Below, piece after piece: positions 10,569 through 20,406 of a stretch of 64,000 nt of DNA. The notes under the pieces are model-generated. The model was not told the DNA's origin. It did no database searches and worked only from the letters and a program-made list of their open reading frames with translations. The DNA comes from Nitrosopumilus sp. (lineage in GTDB: Archaea > Thermoproteota > Nitrososphaeria > Nitrososphaerales > Nitrosopumilaceae), in assembly GCA_029862085.1 (NCBI GenBank), contig JAOTXZ010000005.1, positions 3,751 to 67,750 on the forward strand, given 5' to 3'. The stretch's first letter is position 1. Each line of letters starts with the position of its first letter. A program made the position numbers and the translations under genes.

Positions 10569-11310
10569 TTTTTCTCCATCCTATAATATCAGACAAATTT
10601 ACTACTTTGCCTATTATAATATTGGTGGGAGGTGTAATTTTTTTAGCCTTTACTAGTTTTGCGATATTTGAAACGGTTCCTTTTACCATTTTTTGCTGGG
10701 GAGTGGTACCATTTTGAATAACAGCAACGGGCATATTTTTATCCAGACCTCCAGCAATTAGTTGCTTGCAAATACTATCAATTCTAGATAAGCCCATCAT
10801 AATTACAATTGTGTCTACTGATTTTGCAAGGCGTTTCCATTTTACCGCCTCGATTTTCTTTTCAGGATCTTCATGTCCAGTAACGAAAACTACTGAGGAA
10901 GCATGCTGTCTATGAGTCAATGGAATTCCTGCATAAGTAGCGGAACCAATTCCCGATGTAATTCCTGGAACGATTTCATATTTTACATTGTGCTCCTTTA
11001 GAAATTCTGCTTCTTCCCCCCCACGTCCAAAAATAATAGGATCACCTCCCTTTAGTCTAACAACATTTTTTTTAGATTTGGCATGGATTACCATCAAATC
11101 ATTTGTGCTATTTTGGTGAGTCGTATCGTCTCCTACTGCTCTTCCTACATAGATTTTTTTTGCAGATTTTGGAATTAAAGAGATAATTTTTTTACTTACC
11201 AATCTATCGTAAAGGACAACATCAGCTTTTTGTAACAATTCAACTGCCCTCATTGTAATTAATTTACCATCACCCGGTCCTGCACCAACAAGATAGACTT
11301 TACCAGTCAT
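10561..11310 (-). CDS. cobA: uroporphyrinogen-III C-methyltransferase
   Basis: VYLVGAGPGD, VVRLKGGDP, FGRGGEE, PLTHR. Confidence 0.95.
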   Translation of the reverse strand: MTGKVYLVGAGPGDGKLITMRAVELLQKADVVLYDRLVSKKIISLIPKSAKKIYVGRAVGDDTTHQNSTNDLMVIHAKSKKNVVRLKGGDPIIFGRGGEEAEFLKEHNVKYEIVPGITSGIGSATYAGIPLTHRQHASSVVFVTGHEDPEKKIEAVKWKRLAKSVDTIVIMMGLSRIDSICKQLIAGGLDKNMPVAVIQNGTTPQQKMVKGTVSNIAKLVKAKKITPPTNIIIGKVVNLSDIIGWRKNA

Positions 11311-12242
11311 TTTTTATTCCATTCCTCCACTTTCTCTCTCCAATTTAATGCAAGATCATTTACACCCTTTTCACGAAGTTCTGCTCCCACATTATGACCT
11401 AAAGAGATAGGATCATTTTTAGGTCCTGATTTTTTAACAATGATTGATTTTTTTCCGTCTACTGAAAACGCAGAGACAATTAGACTCATATCCAATCCAT
11501 TTGATTGAGCATAGGCACCAATTGGAAATCTGCATCCAGAATCAACATAGTCTGACAAGGACCGCTCAGCCTCAATTTCTAATCTAGATTCAGAATCTTC
11601 AATTTTTTTTAACATTGAAATGGTTTCAAAATCATCTTTCCTTGAGACAATTGCAAGCGCACCTTGTCCTGGAGATGGAGAAAACTCATCGGTGGATAGT
11701 AAAGAGTACTTTACCTCAAGCCCCAATCTTGAAATTCCTGCCTGTGCAAGAACAATTGCATCATAATCACCCTGCGAAATCTTTCTGATTCGTGTTTCAA
11801 TATTTCCCCTTATGGGTTTAACAGTAACATCAGAACGTTTCCTCATTACTTGCACTGCCCGCCGTAAAGAGCTAGTACCAACTATTGCATTTGATTTTAT
11901 TGAATCCAAAGTTGCACCATCCGAGGAAATAAAAACATCATTTACTGTTTCTCTTTTTGGAATACAAGCTAGAACCAAATTTTCATCTAATTGAGAAGGA
12001 ACATCCTTTAGACTATGAACTGCAAAATCTATTTTTTGCTCTAAAACCGCTCTGTCAATTTCTTTTTCAAATATTCCCTTTTGATCAATCGTGAATAGTG
12101 GTCGAGCATCAACATCACCTTTAGTCTGTATTGTTTTAATTTCAAATTCTAACTCTGAATTATGTTTTTTTAATTCAGATATTACCCAGTTTGTTTGTGC
12201 AAGAGATAATTGACTTCCTCTTGCTCCAACAATATACTTCAA
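11307..12242 (-). CDS. hemC: porphobilinogen deaminase
   Basis: RGSQLSLAQ, AVHSLKDVP, GTSSLRR, IRGNIETR, GCRFP. Confidence 0.96.
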   Translation of the reverse strand: MKYIVGARGSQLSLAQTNWVISELKKHNSELEFEIKTIQTKGDVDARPLFTIDQKGIFEKEIDRAVLEQKIDFAVHSLKDVPSQLDENLVLACIPKRETVNDVFISSDGATLDSIKSNAIVGTSSLRRAVQVMRKRSDVTVKPIRGNIETRIRKISQGDYDAIVLAQAGISRLGLEVKYSLLSTDEFSPSPGQGALAIVSRKDDFETISMLKKIEDSESRLEIEAERSLSDYVDSGCRFPIGAYAQSNGLDMSLIVSAFSVDGKKSIIVKKSGPKNDPISLGHNVGAELREKGVNDLALNWREKVEEWNKK

Positions 12243-13516
12243 TTTTTCACCGACTTTAGAGCAGTTTGATAAACATCAAGAGTTCGATTGAGATCTGTTT
12301 GGGTATGTGCATCAGATAGAAAAACAACTTCAAATTGAGACGGAGCGATAAAAATTCCATTTTTTAGTAATATTTTAAACATTTTTTGAAATTTTTTTGC
12401 ATTGGCATTTTTGGAAGTCTTATAATTGATTACGGGTTTATTTGTAAAAAATATCTGAAACATTGAAGATGTAAAATTTATCTGATGAGAAATCTTGAGA
12501 TCAGTCGCAATATCATCTAATGCGTGCGTAAATCTTACATTATACCTCTCTAGCTTTGAATAGAGTTTGTTCTTGATTTTGTTTAATTCCTTGATAGAGC
12601 TAATTGCAGCAGAAACAGATATTGGATTTCCCGCAAAGGTAGATGCCTGGTATACCTTACCTGCTGGTGAAAGCAAATCCATAATTTCTTTTTTACCTCC
12701 TACGGCAGCAATTGTAAATCCATTTCCCAAAGCTTTTCCAAGCGTAGTAATGTCAGGTTTAATTCCAAAGTGTTTTTGCGCTCCACCCGGTGATACTCTA
12801 AATCCAGTTACAACCTCATCAAAGATTAGTGGTATGTCATTTTGTGTGGTAATTTTTCTTAAATCTTGCAGAAAATTTTTCTTAGGTAAGATTAATCCCA
12901 TGTTTGCCAATATTGGTTCTACGATAACTCCCGCAACATCTATGTTTTTCCTAATAGTATTTTCCAAATCTTCAGAATTATTATATTGAACAACCAAAGT
13001 ATTTTTTGAGACCTCGTCCAATCCACCATCTGAAACTGAAATTCCATTATGAGCAGATCCCGAACCAGCTTTAACTAAAACAGAATCGTGTGCACCATGA
13101 TAACATCCTTCGAATTTTATTATTTTTTTCTTTTTCGTAAAACCACGTGCTAATCTTATTGCAGTCATTGTAGCCTCACCACCGGTGTTAACAAGTCTAA
13201 CTTTTTTTATCGAAGGAAAGTTTGCACGAATTAAATTAGATAATTCAATTTCCGCAGAGGTGGGGGTACAGTATAATGTTCCTTTTTTTAATTGATTAGT
13301 TACAGCTTTGAGAATTTCTTTTCTTCGATGTCCTAAGAGTAATGCACCATAACCATTACAATAGTCAATGTAGCGATTTCCATCCTCATCCCAAATGTAG
13401 GCTCCATTAGATTTTTTGGTAAAGAATGGGTAAGGCTCAAAATATCTGACTGGACTGTTGACCCCCGATGGAATTACTTTTTTTGCATTATTGAATAATT
13501 TCCTAGAATTAGGCAC
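12239..13516 (-). CDS. hemL: glutamate-1-semialdehyde 2,1-aminomutase
   Basis: GVNSPVR, FEGCYHG, FDEVVTGFR, PDITTLGK. Confidence 0.96.
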   Translation of the reverse strand: MPNSRKLFNNAKKVIPSGVNSPVRYFEPYPFFTKKSNGAYIWDEDGNRYIDYCNGYGALLLGHRRKEILKAVTNQLKKGTLYCTPTSAEIELSNLIRANFPSIKKVRLVNTGGEATMTAIRLARGFTKKKKIIKFEGCYHGAHDSVLVKAGSGSAHNGISVSDGGLDEVSKNTLVVQYNNSEDLENTIRKNIDVAGVIVEPILANMGLILPKKNFLQDLRKITTQNDIPLIFDEVVTGFRVSPGGAQKHFGIKPDITTLGKALGNGFTIAAVGGKKEIMDLLSPAGKVYQASTFAGNPISVSAAISSIKELNKIKNKLYSKLERYNVRFTHALDDIATDLKISHQINFTSSMFQIFFTNKPVINYKTSKNANAKKFQKMFKILLKNGIFIAPSQFEVVFLSDAHTQTDLNRTLDVYQTALKSVKN

Positions 13517-13553
13517 AATTTATGATGCATTTAGGTCATTATTATTCGTAATA

Positions 13554-14234
13554 TTATGGATTTTCTTGTTTTCTCTGGGCTTGAAACTTGCCTTTAAACA
13601 AAAAAGCCACAACCATAGTTCCAACATATGGAGCCGTCCAATAAAGCCACAAATCACTCGTCACACCAGATAACAATGCAGGCGCTAATGCTCTGGCAGG
13701 ATTCATTGAGGCACCTGAAATAAAAGCTAAAAAGAAAATATCCAATCCAACTATTCCGCCAATGGCAATTCCACTAAATCCTTTTAGTCCTTTAGTGTAA
13801 ACAACCGTAAAGATTACCGCCATTAATAATCCCGATGCCAGAACCTCAACGGGAAATATCAAAAAAAATGAATAATCAAAGTTTGGAGCATTTGCTCCAA
13901 GATTTGCTTCCGTCCCAATAAAATTCATCACAAACAAAGAACCAAGTATCGCACCAATAATTTCAGCTGCAAAATACCATACTATTTGGATTTTAGTTAT
14001 ATGTCCTGTAATATAATATCCAATCGTAACAGCTGGATTAAAATGTGCAAGAGATATTTTTCCAAAAGAATACACACCAATTATTAGTGCTATAAAGGGT
14101 GCAACTGCAGCAAACCAAATCCCATACGGTCCCCCAATTTGCACATTATAGACAATAGAACCAGTAGCAAAGGTTACAAGAATAAAGGTTCCAATTAATT
14201 CCACTATAAAAATTTGTAAATTTGAATATGTCAT
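13554..14234 (-). CDS. MIP/aquaporin-family channel (possible arsenite efflux)
   Basis: Two NPA boxes (HFNPAVT, SMNPAR); start overlaps arsC stop. Confidence 0.9.
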   Translation of the reverse strand: MTYSNLQIFIVELIGTFILVTFATGSIVYNVQIGGPYGIWFAAVAPFIALIIGVYSFGKISLAHFNPAVTIGYYITGHITKIQIVWYFAAEIIGAILGSLFVMNFIGTEANLGANAPNFDYSFFLIFPVEVLASGLLMAVIFTVVYTKGLKGFSGIAIGGIVGLDIFFLAFISGASMNPARALAPALLSGVTSDLWLYWTAPYVGTMVVAFLFKGKFQAQRKQENP

Positions 14235-14641
14235 AAATCATCTTCAAGTTTTTTAATCAACATCAACACTTCGAATTTTATTTGTTCACGAATTTTTTTT
14301 ACTTCGTCAAGTTTCTTTCCTTTAGGATCTATAATGTTCCAATCAATTACATCTTTTACAAATAATGATGGACATGATTCTTTATCTATACATCCCATGT
14401 TTACAGTTTTGATAGAACTCTCAATCATTTCATTAGAAAGTAGTTTTGGTTTTTGGTGTGTAATGTCAATTCCTATTTCATTCATTGCCTCAACTACTTC
14501 TGGAAGAAGTTTTGATTTTGGCTGGGTTCCTGCACTGATTACATCAAAATTTTTGGCATACTTTCGAAAAAATCCTTCGGCCATCTGGCTTCTTCCAGCA
14601 TTTTCTACGCATACAAATAGGATTTTTGAAGATTCTTTCAT
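14231..14641 (-). CDS. arsC: arsenate reductase (LMW-PTP / thioredoxin type)
   Basis: CVENAGRSQMAE P-loop plus distal GC-x5-CP cysteine pair. Confidence 0.88.
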   Translation of the reverse strand: MKESSKILFVCVENAGRSQMAEGFFRKYAKNFDVISAGTQPKSKLLPEVVEAMNEIGIDITHQKPKLLSNEMIESSIKTVNMGCIDKESCPSLFVKDVIDWNIIDPKGKKLDEVKKIREQIKFEVLMLIKKLEDDL

Positions 14642-14681
14642 GAAATAACATAAATATTAGTTTATATAAATTTAAATTGAT

Positions 14682-14981
14682 ATGAATGGAGTTAATCTTC
14701 TCAAATGCATTTGCGATGATACAAGATTTGAAATATTAGATTTGCTTCAAAAAAATAAAGAACTGTGTGTAAACGACTTTGTGGATAAAATAAAAAAAGA
14801 TCAGCCGTTAATATCACATCATCTTAAAACTTTGAAAAAATGTGGAATTGTAAAATCAAGAGATGAAGGTAAAAAAGCAATGTATAGCATTTCAAACACT
14901 CAGCTTTCTGAATTAATTTCAAATATTACCAAGGCAAGTAAAAAGTTTCCAGTTTTGTGTAATGATGATACCTGTTGTTAG
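14682..14981 (+). CDS. arsR: ArsR/SmtB-family repressor
   Basis: ELCVND, QPLISHHLKTLKKCGIV HTH; C-terminal CNDDTCC; divergent from arsC across 40 bp. Confidence 0.85.
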   Translation: MNGVNLLKCICDDTRFEILDLLQKNKELCVNDFVDKIKKDQPLISHHLKTLKKCGIVKSRDEGKKAMYSISNTQLSELISNITKASKKFPVLCNDDTCC

Positions 14982-15283
14982 ACAAATTTTTCTGTACGAA
15001 GAACACCAACATCACTTACATACACTATTATTGCAAAATTCGTAAATAAAGTTCTAGCAAGTTCTTCTACTACATCTTGTAGTGTGTTTTCTTGCATTAT
15101 TACTTCGACTTTGACATTTTTTTCATTTTTTAATCCCTGTCCACGTAAGCCACGAGCTCCATTTCCCTCTACTTCATAAGTGGTATAGCCAGTAATTTTG
15201 TGCTTTGCCAAAATATCAATTACATTTTTTTGGGCAAGAATCTCACAAGTGACTGTCAATAGTTTAACGTTGTAAAGTTTCAT
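14978..15283 (-). CDS. sbtB: SbtB-like PII-family regulator
   Basis: TGYTTYEVEGNGARG T-loop, NVKVEVI, VLRTEKF; coupled to sbtA. Confidence 0.8.
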   Translation of the reverse strand: MKLYNVKLLTVTCEILAQKNVIDILAKHKITGYTTYEVEGNGARGLRGQGLKNEKNVKVEVIMQENTLQDVVEELARTLFTNFAIIVYVSDVGVLRTEKFV

Positions 15284-16365
15284 ATCAATCCTTTTGAAAT
15301 GTAATTGAATAAGTCTATCGATCCCTCATTGTGAACAATTGATGATACCATAAACATTATTGGGAGCAGGATGATAATGTTGTAGGGAAAGGTAATTCCC
15401 AATGCTGATGTGATGTAAAGACTGGGTTTAGCTTGTGGGATTGCATGACGTAAAACCGCTGGTGCTGCGATAAAGGATGCACTGGCCAAAAGCAATCCAA
15501 ACATTACTGCACCTCCTAGACTTAATCCTAATGCAGTAGCAACTAAAACACCCAATATACCGTTAAAGGTTGGCAGTAAAATGGAAAATGCAATCAAAAA
15601 CACGCCTACTTTTTTGATATCCTCTAGTCGCTGACCTGCAATAATTCCCATCTCGATTAGAAAAATTACAATTGCACCTGTAAACAATTCATCAAAAACA
15701 ATGCTAATTGAGCTAAATCCTTCCTCCCCAATCAGATATCCAATGATAATACTTCCAAGCAAAATTACAATGGCTTTTCCAGTTATTGATTCATGAAGAA
15801 CTTGTTTTAGATTTGTTTTAGTTTCAGATATCCCCATTTCTATTTCGGATTCTGTTTGAAATTCTCCGAGGGATTTCTTTTTTGTTTTGATTTGTTTTGA
15901 TACGGCCATATTTGTCAAAAATATCGCCAAGATGAAAGCAACTGGTTCTAAAACTGCAAGGATTGCTGCAAGGTATCCTTCAGATGAAACTCCTTGATTT
16001 TTGAGAAAGGAAAGCCCAACTGAAAACGTAACTGCCCCAACAGCACCATAAGTCGAGGCAAGAGCATAAGAGTCAAAAAGATTGAATTTGCCTAGACGAC
16101 GCAATATTTGGTAATGATTTAAGGTAAAGAGCAATGACATTCCAATGGCAACTAACATTGGGACAAGCATCGTCTCAAACCCTGTATTTCTCATCTCAAT
16201 TCCTCCATGAAGTCCAATTGCTGCAAGCAAGTATATGGGCAAAAACTCTGAAATCGCATCAGGGATTTTCAAGTCAGACTTTATTCTTGCAGCAATAATT
16301 CCAAAAATAAAAAACAACACAATTGGAGTTAATAAATTAGATTGAATAAGATCGAGAATTTCCAT
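15280..16365 (-). CDS. sbtA: sodium-dependent bicarbonate transporter, SbtA family
   Basis: KSDLKIP, YLLAAIGLHGG, YGAVGAVTF, ASASFIAAPA, SALGITFPYNI. Confidence 0.9.
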   Translation of the reverse strand: MEILDLIQSNLLTPIVLFFIFGIIAARIKSDLKIPDAISEFLPIYLLAAIGLHGGIEMRNTGFETMLVPMLVAIGMSLLFTLNHYQILRRLGKFNLFDSYALASTYGAVGAVTFSVGLSFLKNQGVSSEGYLAAILAVLEPVAFILAIFLTNMAVSKQIKTKKKSLGEFQTESEIEMGISETKTNLKQVLHESITGKAIVILLGSIIIGYLIGEEGFSSISIVFDELFTGAIVIFLIEMGIIAGQRLEDIKKVGVFLIAFSILLPTFNGILGVLVATALGLSLGGAVMFGLLLASASFIAAPAVLRHAIPQAKPSLYITSALGITFPYNIIILLPIMFMVSSIVHNEGSIDLFNYISKGLI

Positions 16366-16416
16366 TTGAATGATTCAAAAATTTTTGGGTAGAATAAAAA
16401 TCAAAGCCTCAATACA

Positions 16417-17403
16417 TCATACAAAAAGATGAATCAAGTAGGTACCAGCAATTCCCAATACCGCGCTTCCAGGGATGGTGATTATCCAAGCAAAGATGAT
16501 TTGCCTTCCTACACCCCATCTTACTGCACGTTTTCTTCGTGCAGCTCCTGACCCCATGATAGTTCCAGTAATTGCATGTGTAGTACTAGCAGGAATTCCA
16601 AATACTGCAAAGATGGCCAACATTAATCCACCACCAGTTTCAGCTGCAAATCCCTGATATGGTCTGAGTCTTGTGACTTTAACCCCAAGTGTCTTTATTA
16701 CTTTGTATCCACCAAAGAATGTACCCAGGCCCATAGCGGTGGCCGCTGCAAAAATCACCCAAAGAGGCATTTCAAATTCAGGAGTCAATCCTGCCGAAAA
16801 CAAAATTAAAGCAATAATACCCATTGTTTTTTGTCCGTCGTTAGCCCCATGAGTTAGAGCAAACCAAGCTGAAGAAATTATTTGTAACCTGCCAAATGAT
16901 TTGTTTACTATTGCTGGTTTTCTAGTTGCAAATACTGTAATGATAAGTCCCGTTAACAGTAATCCAAAAATAAATCCCCCTACTGGAGCAATTACAATTC
17001 CGGCAAATACTTTTGTCAACCCTCCATAAACAAGTTTTTCAAACCCCAAACCTGCAATCCCAGCGCCCATAATTCCTCCAATTAAAGAGTGGCTGTTAGA
17101 AATAGGCAATCCAAAATATGTACACAAAGAGCTCCAACCTATGGCACCTGCCAAACCTCCAACAATCATATAAACAGTAATATCTTCAAAACTGACTATT
17201 CCTTTGGCAATGGTAGTTGCAACTGCCACTCCAAAAACAAAAGGTCCGATAAAATTTGCAATAGCAGATAATGATACAGCTTGTAGAGGTTTTAATACAC
17301 GTGTGCCAATCACTGTTGCAACAGAATTTGCAGAATCATTAAATCCATTTACAAAATCAAAGATTAGCGCTACAATTATTGCTCCAATCGCGATTTCTAA
17401 CAT
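16417..17403 (-). CDS. pit: PiT-family inorganic phosphate transporter
   Basis: NGFNDSANSVAT, GLPISNSH, HGANDGQK, PASTTH. Confidence 0.93.
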   Translation of the reverse strand: MLEIAIGAIIVALIFDFVNGFNDSANSVATVIGTRVLKPLQAVSLSAIANFIGPFVFGVAVATTIAKGIVSFEDITVYMIVGGLAGAIGWSSLCTYFGLPISNSHSLIGGIMGAGIAGLGFEKLVYGGLTKVFAGIVIAPVGGFIFGLLLTGLIITVFATRKPAIVNKSFGRLQIISSAWFALTHGANDGQKTMGIIALILFSAGLTPEFEMPLWVIFAAATAMGLGTFFGGYKVIKTLGVKVTRLRPYQGFAAETGGGLMLAIFAVFGIPASTTHAITGTIMGSGAARRKRAVRWGVGRQIIFAWIITIPGSAVLGIAGTYLIHLFV

Positions 17404-17412
17404 AAATTCAAC

Positions 17413-18042
17413 CTACGTATATTTCAAAACTATGTCTTCAATGACATCTGCAACATCTACACATCTGTCTGATGCAGTTTCGATTGTTTCATAGATATCT
17501 TTGAGTTTGATTATGTGAATGGCATCTGTTGAAGTAAAAAGTTCCCTTATTGCATCTCGATACAAGTCATCGACCTTGTGTTCAATATCACTTGTGTTTC
17601 TACAATGTTCTATCATATCTTTAGGATTTTTGATCTTTTGTAATTTTGAAATCATATATTCTACTTCTTTTGTAGCTTGTACTAGATCCTTTACCATTTC
17701 TAAGGAATAAGGAGGAGGTTCAGAAATTTGATAGCTTGATAGCCTAGCTGCAATTCCATCTGTGAAATCAATCACATCATCTATTTTGGAGGCTATTCTT
17801 TGCATATCTTCACGATCAAGAGGAGTGATGAAGGTCTTGTTTAATTCAGAAAAAATATCACGTGTTAATTCATCAGCTTCCTTCTCAAGGGAGCGAATTT
17901 TTTCTAAAGAATCTTCATTTTTAAGATCGGTTAGGAAAACAACCAACTCTTCAGATGTTTCAACTGCTTTTTTTGCAAGATTTTCAAGGATTGTTAAAAG
18001 TTGTTTTTCATTGGATTTTACCCAAGAGAACCACTGTCCCAT
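17413..18042 (-). CDS. DUF47 / PhoU-like phosphate transport regulator
   Basis: LEKEAD, TFITPLDRED, IEHKVD, SDRCVDVA; directly upstream of pit. Confidence 0.92.
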   Translation of the reverse strand: MGQWFSWVKSNEKQLLTILENLAKKAVETSEELVVFLTDLKNEDSLEKIRSLEKEADELTRDIFSELNKTFITPLDREDMQRIASKIDDVIDFTDGIAARLSSYQISEPPPYSLEMVKDLVQATKEVEYMISKLQKIKNPKDMIEHCRNTSDIEHKVDDLYRDAIRELFTSTDAIHIIKLKDIYETIETASDRCVDVADVIEDIVLKYT

Positions 18043-18261
18043 AACTGGGTCAAAGTGGAATAACAGTTAACCATGGCGCACATACAATCTATGTATCTAT
18101 ATAGGAACATTAGAAAATTAGGTGCAACAAATTTTAAGAAATTTAAAAAAAATAATTTTATTATGCGATCAATAATTTTTAAAAAAATAAAATCTAAAAA
18201 AGAAATGAAATTTTAAATTTTTCATACTACAAATGGAATTTGATCTATTTAGGTAATGTAT

Positions 18262-19047
18262 TCAAAATGGTTTGTTTACTTCCCGAGTAAAGACATAGCT
18301 TGCCAGTCCAACCATAATCAAAACAAATACCAAGATCACCCCAATACTCAAAATTGTAGATATTCCTCCTTCAGATACTCCCGTCATCATTTCTCGTACA
18401 AGTAAAACGGTATAGGTTACAGGGTTGAGTTTGGCAATAGATGCAAGCCAATCAGGAAGCAATTCTAATGGAAATAGGGCTGGACTTAGCATAAACAAAG
18501 GCATTCCAAGAAAATTAATCACCCCCCAAAATGTCTCCTGAGATTTTGCCGTAGCAGCGACCACCACCGAAATTCCCGAAAATCCCAATGAAAACAAAAT
18601 TACAATTGCCATTATCGGTGCGATCATTATTGGATTTGGAAATGATACACCTATAGCTAACGCAATTCCTAAAATTAAGCTAGCTTGTAATGCAGCGATC
18701 AAAGATATGGCCGACATTTTTCCAAGTGCAATTGAGGAGCGAGAGATGGGGGATGTCAATGCTTTATTCATAAAACCATATCGTCTATCCCAAAGTGTGT
18801 TTACTCCTCCAAAAATACTCGTAAAGATTGCAGTAAGAATTATGACTCCAGGTGCCATAAATTCTATGTATTGTCCTTCAAAACCAACAGACTGTATTAA
18901 CGGTTGAGTTCCCGAAAACGTGTTTCCTATAACAATAATCCAAATAGCTGGTTGGATTAATCTTATCAAAACTCCACTGCGTGATTTTTTGTATCGTTTT
19001 AGCTCTCGCCAAAAAATAGTATACGTATCATAAATTAGTGAATTCAT
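18262..19047 (-). CDS. ABC-2 type exporter permease
   Basis: QP...PG, six TM segments, NPVTY; coupled to the ATPase. Confidence 0.92.
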   Translation of the reverse strand: MNSLIYDTYTIFWRELKRYKKSRSGVLIRLIQPAIWIIVIGNTFSGTQPLIQSVGFEGQYIEFMAPGVIILTAIFTSIFGGVNTLWDRRYGFMNKALTSPISRSSIALGKMSAISLIAALQASLILGIALAIGVSFPNPIMIAPIMAIVILFSLGFSGISVVVAATAKSQETFWGVINFLGMPLFMLSPALFPLELLPDWLASIAKLNPVTYTVLLVREMMTGVSEGGISTILSIGVILVFVLIMVGLASYVFTREVNKPF

Positions 19048-20063
19048 GCACGTATCCTCTTCATTTTTGCATGTTCTCGTTTTCTATTATATCCTCCATC
19101 ATCATCTCTTATTTCATGACCTGTGTAAGAAATGAAAACATCATCAAGGGTAGGTTGTGTAAGTGAAATCGAATTTATTTTTATTTTCAAGTCTGAGGAT
19201 ATTTGAAATATTTTCGGAATGACTTCAGTTCCTTTTGATGCAAATAATGTAATTTTACCTTGATCATGGTTTATCTTTTTAACTAATTCTATTTTTTCCA
19301 GAGTAGAAAGAAATTCTTTTTCATTGTTTTGGTTTTCGATGGTTAAAGAAATTACTTCGTTTCCCAAGGCATTTTTCATGTTTTGAGGAGTGTCAATTAC
19401 CTGAATCTTCCCACCATCAATAATTCCAATTCTATCGCATAGTTGGTCAGCTTCTTCCATATAGTGAGTAGATACAAAAAGTGTCATCTCAAACTCTTTG
19501 TGGATTTTTTTAATATATTCCCAAATTTTCCTTCTAGTTTGGATATCAAGACCAACTGTAGGCTCATCTAAAAATAAGACTCTAGGTCTATGTAATAGAC
19601 CCCCCGCAATATCAAGTCGTTTTCGCATCCCACCAGAGTATGTGACTACAGCTTTGTGTTGCTTGTCAGATAATTCAATTAAATCTAGAACCTCATCTAT
19701 TCTTTCATTAATCAGTTCCTTTGGAATATGATGTAGTCTTGCTTGCAGGTAAAGGTTCTCTCGTCCCGAAAGATATTCATCCACTGTACTTTCTTGTTGA
19801 ACAAATCCTATTTCTTCTCGAACTTTTTTTGGATGAGTCATTACATCAAAACCAGAAACTAGGGCTTTGCCAGATGAAGGCTTAAGCAGAGTTGTTAGAA
19901 TCATCATGGTTGTGCTTTTTCCGGCACCGTTTGGTCCCAAAAACCCAAAGATTTCACCATTCTCAACATTAAAGGAAATTCCATCTACAGCCTTAAGATC
20001 ACCAAACGATTTGGTAAGAGATTTTGTTTCGATGGAATACAACACTTTGATCGTTAATTTCAA
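19044..20063 (-). CDS. ABC transporter ATP-binding protein (DrrA-like)
   Basis: GPNGAGKST, YSGGMRKRL, LFLDEPT, STHYMEEA. Confidence 0.95.
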   Translation of the reverse strand: MKLTIKVLYSIETKSLTKSFGDLKAVDGISFNVENGEIFGFLGPNGAGKSTTMMILTTLLKPSSGKALVSGFDVMTHPKKVREEIGFVQQESTVDEYLSGRENLYLQARLHHIPKELINERIDEVLDLIELSDKQHKAVVTYSGGMRKRLDIAGGLLHRPRVLFLDEPTVGLDIQTRRKIWEYIKKIHKEFEMTLFVSTHYMEEADQLCDRIGIIDGGKIQVIDTPQNMKNALGNEVISLTIENQNNEKEFLSTLEKIELVKKINHDQGKITLFASKGTEVIPKIFQISSDLKIKINSISLTQPTLDDVFISYTGHEIRDDDGGYNRKREHAKMKRIRA

Positions 20064-20135
20064 TTATAAATTGCTAAGTGTTGCCTATCTACGATCCTCA
20101 TAAACAATTTAAAGGACTACAAAATTATTTTTCGC

Positions 20136-20234
20136 ATGAAAGGTCTTTGTCAGGTATGTCATTCCTCTAATGTTGATGTAACAGTAGAATCTGGAGTTCC
20201 AAAATGTTCTGAATGCAAAAAAAATAATATTTAA
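20136..20234 (+). CDS. 32-aa zinc-finger micro-protein (not in ORF track)
   Basis: MKGLCQVCHSSNVDVTVESGVPKCSECKKNNI; two CxxC pairs; TTTAAA box about 25 nt upstream. Confidence 0.6.
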   Translation: MKGLCQVCHSSNVDVTVESGVPKCSECKKNNI

Positions 20235-20406
20235 TTTTTTTATTTTTGTTTGTTTAATTTTTCAAAAAAATATAGATTGTTTTATTTAGAAACATTCCAG
20301 TATTTGAATTTCTTTCGGCTAGGCATGGTGTTAAAAACTCATATTACAGTTGAACAAGTTTAATAGGAATTTTACTCATGACAACTTTGGCGATAGAGAG
20401 GATCCA

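Noticed and set aside
20148..20162. CQVCH as a c-type heme-binding motif
   Set aside because: No signal peptide, only 32 aa, and a second CxxC fits a zinc finger better
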